DNA of 64,000 bases from Candidatus Latescibacterota bacterium. Its GTDB lineage: Bacteria > Latescibacterota > UBA2968 > GCA-2709665. The stretch spans positions 3,424,001 to 3,488,000 of the forward strand of contig OZ242358.1 in the NCBI GenBank assembly GCA_965208835.1, written 5' to 3'. Shown in pieces: positions 45,086 through 54,470 of this stretch. How positions within the stretch are numbered: position 1 is the stretch's first letter; each line of letters opens with the position of its first letter. The notes beneath the pieces are model-generated. The model was not told the origin of the DNA. It saw nothing but the letters and a program-made list of their open reading frames with translations, and made no database searches. The position numbers were made by a program, and so were the translations under genes.

Positions 45086-45666
45086 TTACCGGAACTCGAG
45101 AGAAGACACGATTGTACGGTATTCGTCGACCGGAAAGGCGGCCGACGTCCCGTTGCCCAGCATCAGATAAGCCTTCCTCCCGTCCAGCACGACCGTAACG
45201 AAGAACCGGTCCCCCCTTTGGCGCAGAAACACCGTCCGGAAGATCCACTCGATGCCCTCGCGTCCGGAATTCTGGAACGTGCGCTTCTCCTGGGCCCTGT
45301 ACCCCAGAAAGGTGGCCTTGAACTCCTCCTCGAGTTCGGCCGTTACGGTCTGGAGTGTCGCTTTATCCGCAAGCGCGCGAGGCCTCAGCGTCAGAACCGC
45401 CGCGAATCCGATATCGGCTCCCGGTTCATCACGACTTCAACCCTGGGCAATCCGTTCGGCTCCCGGGTCTGGAAAGACGTCTGGGCAGTCCATCCCCACA
45501 CGTCCGGAACCGTAATCCGGAACCCCCACTCGTCGTTCGAATACACCCTGTCGCCGTCGGAGTCGCCGGTCGGATTGTTGGCGGTGTCCTCGGGAATAGG
45601 ACCGCAACTCAGCATCGCGAAGAGACATACCAGACAGAACCGGAAGCCTGTTCGGGGTCTGGACAT
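45086..45666 (-). pseudogene. Frameshifted putative lipoprotein
   Basis: Signal with MLSC lipobox-like motif; first frame stops at 45391. A second frame from ~45405 continues AVLTLRPRALADKATLQ...YRTIVSSLEFR* to 45086. Confidence 0.6.
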
Positions 45667-45780
45667 CGTGCCCGCCTTCCTTTGTTCGAAATGCACGTTG
45701 AATTCACACTCCCGGCTGTTTGATCCGTTTACCCGTGCGGCACAGTCCCGATGCCGCCCGCCGGTCACCCCGGGCAACGG

Positions 45781-46458
45781 TCAGCGCACGATGCCCAGCC
45801 GTCTCCATCGGATCTTTACGAACGGATTCCAGATCGGCGCGCCGGAATTCCAGGAGAAGTAGATCAGAAGCGGGTGTGCCTTTACCCTGTCGAGCGACAC
45901 CGGTCCCCAGAACCGGCTGTCGTCGCTGTTGTCCCGATTGTCACCCATCACGAAGACATGACCCGGAGGCACCATATAAGGGCCGTAGTTGTCGCGAGGG
46001 CTGTACCGTTTCGGCTGTGTCCGCAGGTCCATAAACTTCACGCCCTCGGGATTCACGTATGGCTCGCCGTTGACATAGACAACCTTGTTTCTGATCTCGA
46101 TCGTTTGTCCTTCCACTGCAATACACCGCTTGATGAAGTCCCGCGACGGATCCTGCGGATATTCGAAAATCACCAGATCTCCAGGTTTCGGAGAACGAAA
46201 ACCCGGCATTCGAAAGGAAGGCAGCTTGTAGTTCAGTACCGGCAGGCGATCGGGAATCTGCGTTCCGAACGTGAGCTTGTCGCCGAGAACATAGTCGCCC
46301 TCCATCAACGTGTTCTCCATGGATCCTGACGGAATATGATAGGCCTGGACCAGCGTTGCCCGGATCAATACTGCCAGAAAAACAGCAAAAAAGATCGATT
46401 TCAGATAATCGACCAGAATCCGTCCGCTACGCGGCCGGCGGCGACGCTTCGACATCAT
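45781..46458 (-). CDS. lepB: Signal peptidase I
   Basis: IPSGSMENTL, DFIKRC, FVMGDNRDNSDDSRFWG. Confidence 0.95.
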   Translation of the reverse strand: MMSKRRRRPRSGRILVDYLKSIFFAVFLAVLIRATLVQAYHIPSGSMENTLMEGDYVLGDKLTFGTQIPDRLPVLNYKLPSFRMPGFRSPKPGDLVIFEYPQDPSRDFIKRCIAVEGQTIEIRNKVVYVNGEPYVNPEGVKFMDLRTQPKRYSPRDNYGPYMVPPGHVFVMGDNRDNSDDSRFWGPVSLDRVKAHPLLIYFSWNSGAPIWNPFVKIRWRRLGIVR

Positions 46459-46522
46459 AGATCAACCTCCATTACGTCCCCCTTCTGAACTGTGTGAGGA
46501 TCGGCGTTTCAGATACGCATGC

Positions 46523-47539
46523 TTAGACGCGGAAATTGGTCGCCGGTTCCCGACCGGCGCCGCCGGGATCTGAGAAACGGGGCGCTTCCGGCCGGCCGCT
46601 GTCGGCGGAGCGGTTGGCCGCAAGGGTCACGTCGAGTGAACGGACGCCGTCCTCGTAGTCCGACAGAACGGCCGATCCGTCGCCCCTTCGAATGGCTTCC
46701 ACGAATACTTCGTCGATATCTCCGATATCCTGCAGAACCGGACCCGGGTCTGCCGCGGATTCCGGATAGACGGTAAGGCCTTCCGTACCGAATTCCACTC
46801 GCATGTCTTTCATCACGAAAGACATCAGTCCGGTCCCGCCTCCGTTTCGAAACGTACACGTGGAGGTTAACGAGCCGATCGCCCCCGTCTCGAACTTCAG
46901 ATTGATCGAATGCACGTCCGGTATATCCAGGTTTTCTTCGTCATCGAGCGTACGCAACGCGTAATAGGCGTGAACTTCCGCCACCTCACCCACAAGAAAG
47001 CGAAGCAGATCCACCTGGTGGGTGGTCTGCTCTACGATCTGTCCGCCCGACTGCGCCATCACGCGCCACCAGGGCGTTCCCGGCAGCCCGCCCCATCTGT
47101 GGACCGCGGCCATGCCGATCGTTCGACCCTCCAGGAATGCCTTCGCCTGCTGTACGATGCCGGTATAGCGCAGCTGATAACCCACGCAGGTCAATACGCC
47201 CGCCTCTCGCACGGCCTCCAGGATTTCGAGGGCTTTCTCCATTGTCGGCGCCACGGGTTTTTCCACGAACAGATGCACGCCCTGCCGCACCGCCAGAATC
47301 TCAGCGTCAGTATGTGCAAATGTGGGTACGCAGACATACAGGGCCGACAGCGATTCGCAGTCCAGCATCTTCCGATGGTCTGTAAACGCCCTCGCGCCGT
47401 ATTCCCCCGCCACTTGCTCTGCGGTTTCACGACGCACGTCGCAGATCGCCACGATGTCCACGTCTTCAATCGCCTGCAACACCCGCATATGGGATCTCGC
47501 GCGACCCCCGGCGCCGATGAACCCAACCTGAATTGCCAC
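46523..47539 (-). CDS. Gfo/Idh/MocA family oxidoreductase
   Basis: VGFIGAGG, CVPTFAH, VEKP, GGQIVEQTTHQVDL. GTG start after AGGAGG. Confidence 0.9.
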   Translation of the reverse strand: MAIQVGFIGAGGRARSHMRVLQAIEDVDIVAICDVRRETAEQVAGEYGARAFTDHRKMLDCESLSALYVCVPTFAHTDAEILAVRQGVHLFVEKPVAPTMEKALEILEAVREAGVLTCVGYQLRYTGIVQQAKAFLEGRTIGMAAVHRWGGLPGTPWWRVMAQSGGQIVEQTTHQVDLLRFLVGEVAEVHAYYALRTLDDEENLDIPDVHSINLKFETGAIGSLTSTCTFRNGGGTGLMSFVMKDMRVEFGTEGLTVYPESAADPGPVLQDIGDIDEVFVEAIRRGDGSAVLSDYEDGVRSLDVTLAANRSADSGRPEAPRFSDPGGAGREPATNFRV

Positions 47540-47883
47540 AACGCCCTCCTGAAGCGATGGTGAAACCGTATGCCGGACCCTGACAGTCCATTGATGAAGT
47601 CGCTCCGCAGGCGAGGCCGAGCCATCGTGATCGAAGACAAGGCGCACGACCGAGTCGAATCGGCGGATTCGGCAAGGGAGCGCAACGCAGTTATTCGAAC
47701 ACGAGAGCCGGCCGCAGCCCGGATGGGCTTTCTCAATGGGCTGTTAAATTAGCCGGGCGCGGCGAACGCTGTCAAGCGAAATCAAGAAAAGAAAGATCAC
47801 GCGCGTGCTTTTATCTTTGAATTATCCCGTCCCGGCACTTAACTTACCCGTTCAGATCACGCTTCAATCACGAACTGAAGAGG

Positions 47884-48933
47884 ATGTTTCCCATGCGAGT
47901 CGAGGATCTGGATACGCCCGCGTTGACCATCGACCTCGACATATTATCAAGAAATATCAACGACCTGGCCGAATCCTGCCGCAGGCACAAGATCGCACTT
48001 CGTGTCCATACCAAGACTCACAAGATCCCTGAAATTGCCCACCTTCAGCTTCAGGCCGGGGCCATCGGTATTGTGTGCCAGAAGTTGGGGGAAGCCGAAG
48101 TGATGGTCGATGCGGGAATTACCGACATCCTCATTCCATACAACATCGTTGGCACACGGAAGGTGGAACGCCTCGTCCGCCTCCGGAAAAAGGCAACGAT
48201 CGCCGTAGCCCTGGATTCGGAGACTACGGCCCGCGGCATTTCAAATCTGGCGGGGGAACCGGAAGTCCCCGTCCTGATCGAACTGGACACCGGCGGCAAT
48301 CGATGCGGTGTTCAGTCTCCCGAAGCAGCCCTGGAACTCGCCCGCAAAGTCGTCCAGCTGCGCGGCCTCCGTTTCCAGGGCATCATGACCTATCCCAGCC
48401 GGCCCCAGGCGAAACCCTTTCTGACGCGGACACGAAGGCTGCTGGAAGACGCCGGCATCCAGGTGCCTGTTGTCAGCGGAGGCGGGACCGGAAGCGAGGC
48501 CGTCTCCAAACAGATTGGCTGCACCGAAACCCGAATCGGTTCCTACGTCTTCGAGGGGATGCGCCGAATCAATCACTCGGACAACCCTCCGAACCCGATC
48601 ACCTGCGCCGAACGCATGATCGTGACCGTTGTGAGCGCGCCCACCCCCGAACGAATTATCGTGGATGGCGGCCAGAAAACCTTCGCGAGCTATCCCCCCA
48701 TCCCGTACGGTCACATCGTGGAACACCCGGATGCCAGAATAAACGGCATGTCGGTAGAACACGGCCATATTGACGTCAGCGACTGCGACCATGCGTTCCA
48801 GGTAGGGGAACGTATTTCAATTATTCCCCAGCACCAGGGCATGACCACCAATCTGCACGATACCGCCTACGCGGTAAGAAACGGCGTTGTGGAAGCCGTC
48901 TGGGCCGTTGCCGGCCGGGGCCGGGTGCAATAG
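47884..48933 (+). CDS. D-threonine aldolase/DSD1-type PLP enzyme (alanine racemase fold)
   Basis: LDTPAL, RVHTKTHK, KLGEAEVM, ELDTGGNRCG, SGGGT, MSVEHG. Confidence 0.88.
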   Translation: MFPMRVEDLDTPALTIDLDILSRNINDLAESCRRHKIALRVHTKTHKIPEIAHLQLQAGAIGIVCQKLGEAEVMVDAGITDILIPYNIVGTRKVERLVRLRKKATIAVALDSETTARGISNLAGEPEVPVLIELDTGGNRCGVQSPEAALELARKVVQLRGLRFQGIMTYPSRPQAKPFLTRTRRLLEDAGIQVPVVSGGGTGSEAVSKQIGCTETRIGSYVFEGMRRINHSDNPPNPITCAERMIVTVVSAPTPERIIVDGGQKTFASYPPIPYGHIVEHPDARINGMSVEHGHIDVSDCDHAFQVGERISIIPQHQGMTTNLHDTAYAVRNGVVEAVWAVAGRGRVQ

Positions 48934-49037
48934 ACGGGCGAGTCGGGCAGACCGGCCATCCTTCGCCGCCGATTCCCATCTCTGCTTCATTCAGCCAGGT
49001 CCATCCCGACATTCGACGATCCGAAAGGAGATTCGCA

Positions 49038-49931
49038 ATGCGCCAGGTACAGTGGGAACGCATGTTTCCCGATCAGTTGGAAGCCGCATATGACGATTGT
49101 CCACTTGTCTATTTCACATACGGCCTTTGCGAACCCCATGGACCTCACGACGCGGTAGGCCTCGATGGCCTGAAAGCCCACGGGATCGCCTGCGAGGCCG
49201 CGCGCGCACACGGTGGTATCGTTGCCCCGCCGGACTTCTGGCACATACACGAACTGGGCGGGTATGCGCTTTGGCTCGAACGAACGGTGGGGCAGGCCAA
49301 ACGCTCCTGGATGACCTGCATGCCGCCGTGGCAGCATTTCAAGAACATCTGCTACCACATCCGGATGGCCGACCACCTCCGCTTCCACGCCGCCATTTTC
49401 ATAACGGGTCACTACGGACCCAACTGGAAAGATCTCAAAACGCTGATCGACCTCGTGCAACCCCACGTCGGCACCAGGCTCTACGGTCTTCCGGACAGCG
49501 AAGCCAACAAGCCCGGCTTCGACAACGACGGACAGAGCGGCGGCGACCACGCCGGAAAGGTCGAGACGTCGCTCCTGTGGGCGCTGCAACCGGACTGCGT
49601 GGACCTCTCCCGGTTGCCGCCCGAAGACGCCCCGGGGCCTCATTTTGCGATGGGGCCGACGGTCCGGAAGTCAGATCGCCGCGTTGGCGAGCGCATGGTG
49701 GCTGACGAAGTCCGCTGGCTGGGCGAAAAGGCAAAGGAACTGCTCGACGACTACGGAAAAGCGAATGCGGGCCACAAACTGCAGACCTACGAAGACGTGG
49801 AAATGCTCTGGGAGACCGTGGTTGGCCCGGCGCTCGGGGAATTCGAGACCATGCAAGACAGCTGGTCAGGGGAATCCCTGCCCGAAACCTCTGTCTGGCA
49901 TCCCAACTGGCACGTACCCAACCGGGGATAG
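49038..49931 (+). CDS. Creatininase family amidohydrolase
   Basis: GLCEPHGPH, GLD, TGHYG, DHAGKVETS. Confidence 0.85.
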   Translation: MRQVQWERMFPDQLEAAYDDCPLVYFTYGLCEPHGPHDAVGLDGLKAHGIACEAARAHGGIVAPPDFWHIHELGGYALWLERTVGQAKRSWMTCMPPWQHFKNICYHIRMADHLRFHAAIFITGHYGPNWKDLKTLIDLVQPHVGTRLYGLPDSEANKPGFDNDGQSGGDHAGKVETSLLWALQPDCVDLSRLPPEDAPGPHFAMGPTVRKSDRRVGERMVADEVRWLGEKAKELLDDYGKANAGHKLQTYEDVEMLWETVVGPALGEFETMQDSWSGESLPETSVWHPNWHVPNRG

Positions 49932-50013
49932 GCCCACCGCGGTCGGGACTCGTCTAGTCCGGACGGAATGAAGGACGATGCGCGTACAATCGTATTGGAC
50001 GCCCGGCTCTACT

Positions 50014-50397
50014 TTATTGAGTCCGTTCAAGCAGTTCGATCTCGTAACCGTCCGGGTCGTCCACAAAGGCCATCTTCCGTCCCGTAGGAAACGTCTCGCG
50101 CCAATCGCCGGGCCAGATTTCGATGCCCTTGTTCTCCAGACCGCTGCAAAACACAATGAGATCCGGCACCCCGATTGCAAGATGCATCAGATCCTCCGGC
50201 ACGTTCAACTCGTAGTCGTCCGAATAGGTCAGCTCGAGCGTATGGGCGTTGCCGGGCAATTCCAGGTGCATAATCTGGTTTCCCGCCGGAGACTTCTCCG
50301 ACCTGCTCTTCACCACAAAACCGAAATGGTCGCAATAGAACGCCGCCGACCTGTCCAGATCGCTTACCCGAATCCTGGTGTGGAGAAATACCGCCAT
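50014..50397 (-). CDS. VOC family protein (lactoylglutathione lyase-like)
   Basis: FLHTRIRVSDLDRS, LELTY, HLAIGV, FVDDPDGYEIEL. Confidence 0.88.
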   Translation of the reverse strand: MAVFLHTRIRVSDLDRSAAFYCDHFGFVVKSRSEKSPAGNQIMHLELPGNAHTLELTYSDDYELNVPEDLMHLAIGVPDLIVFCSGLENKGIEIWPGDWRETFPTGRKMAFVDDPDGYEIELLERTQ

Positions 50398-50455
50398 CGC
50401 AGGCTCCTTTCTTCTCGCGTTTGTCGGCCGGACCGGGCAACGGTGTTCTGCCCAG

Positions 50456-50487
50456 AAAAAAAGGGACAGCCAGTAGCTGCCCCATTG
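50456..50487 (-). terminator. Intrinsic terminator
   Basis: Minus strand GGGGCAGCTACTGGCTGTCCC followed by TTTTTTT. Confidence 0.65.
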
Positions 50488-50510
50488 ACCGCGCCTTCCG
50501 TCCCGCCAGT

Positions 50511-50891
50511 TTACACCTTTGCCGGCGAAACGGCTTCGGCTCCGTCCTCCCGGTCGGTCGTTCCGTTGGTTTCCGTTTCGACGCCCAGCGCCTCGCGGAT
50601 CTGTCGTATCGCCTGAAGGTAATAATTCCGCACCGTACTCTTCGAGACAGAGAGCAGCAGCGCGATTTCCGCCATGGACTTGCCCTGCGAACGCAGTAGC
50701 AATACCTCGTACTTGCGGCCGGTCAACGTCGGCTCGATCGCGTTCTTCACGGCATCCAGTTTTTCGACGTCCAGATCCGTATTCGCATAGGGGTCGGGAT
50801 CGAGCGAATGCCGGAGGATGAATGACAGCGGCACGGTCTCCGTTCGGGGATGACAGCGCTCCAACACCGTGTTGTATCGGGGCCCTCGCAT
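50511..50891 (-). CDS. Small LuxR/sigma-70 region 4 HTH protein
   Basis: LTGRKYEVLLLRSQGKSMAEIALLLSVSKSTVRNY; AGGAG RBS. Confidence 0.7.
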   Translation of the reverse strand: MRGPRYNTVLERCHPRTETVPLSFILRHSLDPDPYANTDLDVEKLDAVKNAIEPTLTGRKYEVLLLRSQGKSMAEIALLLSVSKSTVRNYYLQAIRQIREALGVETETNGTTDREDGAEAVSPAKV

Positions 50892-51009
50892 ACCGTGATC
50901 ACACTCCTGAATTGACCAATGACTTCCCGCACCGTCGCGGGCACAATCTCATACGTGGACAATTTAGCCTGTTCTTCTCGCACAGGCAAGCGAAAACTCG
51001 TCCTGCGGG

Positions 51010-51942
51010 TCAGTCCAGTGGCCGCCGCGCAAAGCCGAACCCCTCGGCAGCCTGAAGCACCCGTTCATTCAGCCGGTCCGCATGCAACAATGTTTCACGA
51101 TCCGGAGTCAACGCGAGGCTGCGTACCGTCGTATGTCCGATGATACCCCTCGCGGCCAGCAGTCTCTTTTCCACCGCCAGGTACAGCTCCATGTCCTGAA
51201 GCGAGAAGACGATCTGCGCCAGGATCCCATCGAACACGTCCAGCGCGCCGTCCACGTCGCCGGCCGACCCCAGCTCCCAGATTCGATTCATCACATCCGC
51301 GTGCCCGAGCCCGGGCATCACGCCCGCGACGCCCCAGTCGAACAGATCCGGCATGTACATTCCGCCCCATCCCTCCAGCACGGCAACCTGGTCATTCGTC
51401 GCCTCCCGAATCCCGCGAAGCTTGGGGCCCAGAAGCGGTTCCTCCAGCTTGATATACCTGAAATTCCCGCAGGATTCACGAAGTCGACGGCAGAAGGTCC
51501 CGTCGACGGTCGGCCCGCCGGGATTGAAGTCCTGTATCAGGACGGGGACCTGCACCGCGTCGCAGATGGTCCGGCAATAGGCCAGCAGGTCCGTTTCCGT
51601 CGTGCCGAACTGTCTCGGAATTGCAAAACTGATGACGTCGGCGCCGGCATCCTCGTTTGCCCGCGCGAAATTCGCCGACTGCCGCGCCGAAGGGTGGTTC
51701 GACTGACCGACGACCGGAATCCTCCCGGCGGCGGAAGACACCGCGGCGCGGACAACGGCAAGGCGCTCTCGTCCCGATTGCTTGTAAAACTCGCTCGCGT
51801 ACGCGGGCAAACAGACCGCCCCGATGCCGAAAGCCACCGCCGCCTCCACCTGCCGTCCGATATCTTCGAATACGATCTCTTCCCCGTCGTCAAACGGCGT
51901 TACCAGTACCGCCACGACCCCCCGGATATCTTCGATGGACAT
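51010..51942 (-). CDS. Dihydrodipicolinate synthase family aldolase
   Basis: GVVAVLVTPF, ASEFYK, GRIPVVG, VLIQD, YIKLEEP, GVMPG. Confidence 0.88.
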   Translation of the reverse strand: MSIEDIRGVVAVLVTPFDDGEEIVFEDIGRQVEAAVAFGIGAVCLPAYASEFYKQSGRERLAVVRAAVSSAAGRIPVVGQSNHPSARQSANFARANEDAGADVISFAIPRQFGTTETDLLAYCRTICDAVQVPVLIQDFNPGGPTVDGTFCRRLRESCGNFRYIKLEEPLLGPKLRGIREATNDQVAVLEGWGGMYMPDLFDWGVAGVMPGLGHADVMNRIWELGSAGDVDGALDVFDGILAQIVFSLQDMELYLAVEKRLLAARGIIGHTTVRSLALTPDRETLLHADRLNERVLQAAEGFGFARRPLD

Positions 51943-52096
51943 ACCGATCCTCCAGCAACTCTGCAGTTGTGCGGCCGCATCCGTCCGCGGGATGCCGCGC
52001 AAGGAACGGGCGGCCCTGCGGCGAAAATGAACGAAACGACGATAACCGCGCCGCACAGGGGACGCCTGTTGTTAGAATTCACGACGCCGCCGGCGG

Positions 52097-52125
52097 TTGA
52101 CTCTGACGCATGGATATGTTAAATT
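52097..52125 (+). promoter_or_regulatory. Sigma-70 promoter of relA/spoT
   Basis: TTGACT, 17-nt spacer with TG extension, TAAATT. Confidence 0.6.
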
Positions 52126-52183
52126 GAAAGGCCGAATGGTGTCCGCCAAGAGACGGTCCCGGAACGTGGGCCGATCAAATCCG

Positions 52184-54400
52184 ATGGAGGTCTCCGTGGC
52201 GCTGCTGACGGCTGGAACCAAATCCCTCCCGGCCATCGAATCCATTATCGAAACTGAGTCGGATTTTCCCGATCTTCAGAACCTGCTCCGGTCTGCGATC
52301 GATATCCGTCCGAACCAGAATCTGCGCCTCGTTGCCAAAGCCTACCACTTTGCCGAACTTGCCCATCGCGACCAGCAGCGCAAATCCGGCGATCCCGCCA
52401 TTTCCCACGCCGTGGCCGTGTGTCGCATCCTGATCGACCTCGGCCTCGACTCCGCCACCATCGCCGCCGGCCTGCTGCACGACGTCGTCGACGAGACCAG
52501 CGTTCCGCTTTCTCAGATCGAGTCCCATTTCGGGCATGAAATCGCCGGCCTCGTGGATGGCGTCTCCCGAATCAGGGATTTTTCCTTTCAGAGTCCCGAG
52601 TCCGAACAGGCCGAAAATTTCCGCAAGATGCTGCTCTCGATGGCCCGCGACATCCGTGTGGTTCTCGTCAAGCTGGCGGACCGCCTCCACAACATGCGCA
52701 CCCTGAAATTCATGCGGCCCGCAAGCCAGGAGCGTATGGTCTACGAGAGTCGCGATATCTACGCACCCCTTGCCCACCGGCTCGGCATGTCCCGAGTCCG
52801 GGCGGAACTTGAAGACCTCAGCCTCAAGTGGCTGGAACCGAAAGCGTACCGGTATATCCAGGAGAAGATCAACCTGACGCGAGAGGAGCGGGAGGCCTGC
52901 ATCGAAGCCGTCCGCAAACCGCTTGAGGAGGCGCTCGACAACGCCGGGATTCAGGCCGAAATGACGGGCCGCTCGAAGAATTTCAGCAGCATTTACAAGA
53001 AGATGAATGTGCGCGGAAAAACATTCAACGAAATCTACGATCTACTTGCGCTTCGTATTCTGGTTGGAACCGTTCCGGAATGCTACAATGTTCTGGGCCT
53101 CGTCCATACCATGTATCCGCCGGTCATCGCCCGCTTCAAAGACTTCATCGCCACGCCCAAGAGCAACATGTACCAGTCGCTTCACACCACGATCGTCGGC
53201 CCCAACGGCATGATGCTGGAGGTGCAGATCCGCACGCTGGAAATGCATCAGACCGCAGAGGTTGGCATCGCCGCCCATTGGCTGTACAAGGAAGGCAAGC
53301 GCGGCCCGTCGGAAATGGACCGGCATATGGCATGGCTGCGCAGCCTCCTGGAGTGGCAGCGTGAAACCAGCGATCCACGGGAATTCCTGGATGACCTGAA
53401 GGTGGATCTCTTCCCGAACGAGATCTTCGTCTTCACCCCCAAGGGCGACCTCATCCAGCTTCCGGAAGACGCTACCCCACTGGACTTTGCATTTGCGGTA
53501 CACACCGACGTCGGACTGCGATGTACCGGCAGCCGCGTGGACGACCAGATGGTCCCTCTGTCAACGCCGCTGGAAACGGGCAGCACCGTCGAGGTGATGA
53601 CGTCACCACACCAGCGACCCAACCGTGACTGGCTCGATTTTGTCAAGAGCGCGAAAGCCCGCAGCCGGATCAAGCGCTGGTTGCGCGAGGAAGCGTATTC
53701 TCAAAGCGTCCGGCTTGGCCAGGACATCCTGGACCGCGAACTCAAACGGCGACGTAAACGCACCGCCGAGGACAAACTCGAGTCTGCAGCCGCACACTTC
53801 AACCTCCGGGACATTGAACATCTCTACGCCAGCCTGGGCAACGGGACCGTTTCACTTGAACGGGTGGTTCATCAGATCTTTCCCGCGGCCCGGCCAGCCC
53901 CGAAACGGCAGCGTCCGGAACCCAGGAAGAGCGAGAAAAAAAACCCGATCGTCATTCACAGTCTGAATCACCTGATGATCCAGTTCGCCCGTTGCTGCCA
54001 GCCCATATATGGCGACGTCGTTCTCGGCGTCATTACCCGCGGCAAGGGAATCTCCGTTCACCGGAGGGATTGTCACAACGTTTCAAACCTTCCCGAAGGC
54101 CGCGTACGGCTGATTGACGTCGACTGGAACTCGGAAGAAGAGACGACATTCACGGTGCAGATACGCGTCAATGGCGTCGACCGCCCGAACTTTCTGCGCG
54201 ACATCAGCGAGGCCATATCGGGTCTTGGCGTGCCTGTGGTCGATGGAAGGCTGAACACTGACGGCGGCCACGTCGGTAACAGGTTTACCGTCGAGGTCAG
54301 AAACGTCGCACAGCTCCGGGACCTCCGGAAAAAAATCCTGTCCGTGCCGGGCGTCTCATCCGTCCAGCGTATAAACGGGACTTCTGACGACGTCCTGTAA
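52184..54400 (+). CDS. relA: Bifunctional (p)ppGpp synthetase/hydrolase (RelA/SpoT)
   Basis: HD domain LLHDVV, KLADRLHNMRTL, YQSLHT, EVQIRT, TGS (FAFAVHTDVG), FARCCQP, C-terminal ACT. Confidence 0.95.
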   Translation: MEVSVALLTAGTKSLPAIESIIETESDFPDLQNLLRSAIDIRPNQNLRLVAKAYHFAELAHRDQQRKSGDPAISHAVAVCRILIDLGLDSATIAAGLLHDVVDETSVPLSQIESHFGHEIAGLVDGVSRIRDFSFQSPESEQAENFRKMLLSMARDIRVVLVKLADRLHNMRTLKFMRPASQERMVYESRDIYAPLAHRLGMSRVRAELEDLSLKWLEPKAYRYIQEKINLTREEREACIEAVRKPLEEALDNAGIQAEMTGRSKNFSSIYKKMNVRGKTFNEIYDLLALRILVGTVPECYNVLGLVHTMYPPVIARFKDFIATPKSNMYQSLHTTIVGPNGMMLEVQIRTLEMHQTAEVGIAAHWLYKEGKRGPSEMDRHMAWLRSLLEWQRETSDPREFLDDLKVDLFPNEIFVFTPKGDLIQLPEDATPLDFAFAVHTDVGLRCTGSRVDDQMVPLSTPLETGSTVEVMTSPHQRPNRDWLDFVKSAKARSRIKRWLREEAYSQSVRLGQDILDRELKRRRKRTAEDKLESAAAHFNLRDIEHLYASLGNGTVSLERVVHQIFPAARPAPKRQRPEPRKSEKKNPIVIHSLNHLMIQFARCCQPIYGDVVLGVITRGKGISVHRRDCHNVSNLPEGRVRLIDVDWNSEEETTFTVQIRVNGVDRPNFLRDISEAISGLGVPVVDGRLNTDGGHVGNRFTVEVRNVAQLRDLRKKILSVPGVSSVQRINGTSDDVL

Positions 54401-54470
54401 GCAGTTCCGGTTGCCGCGCCCCCGCGCTATTCAAGACGACCCACTCCAACGATGCGCGCGACAACGGTTG

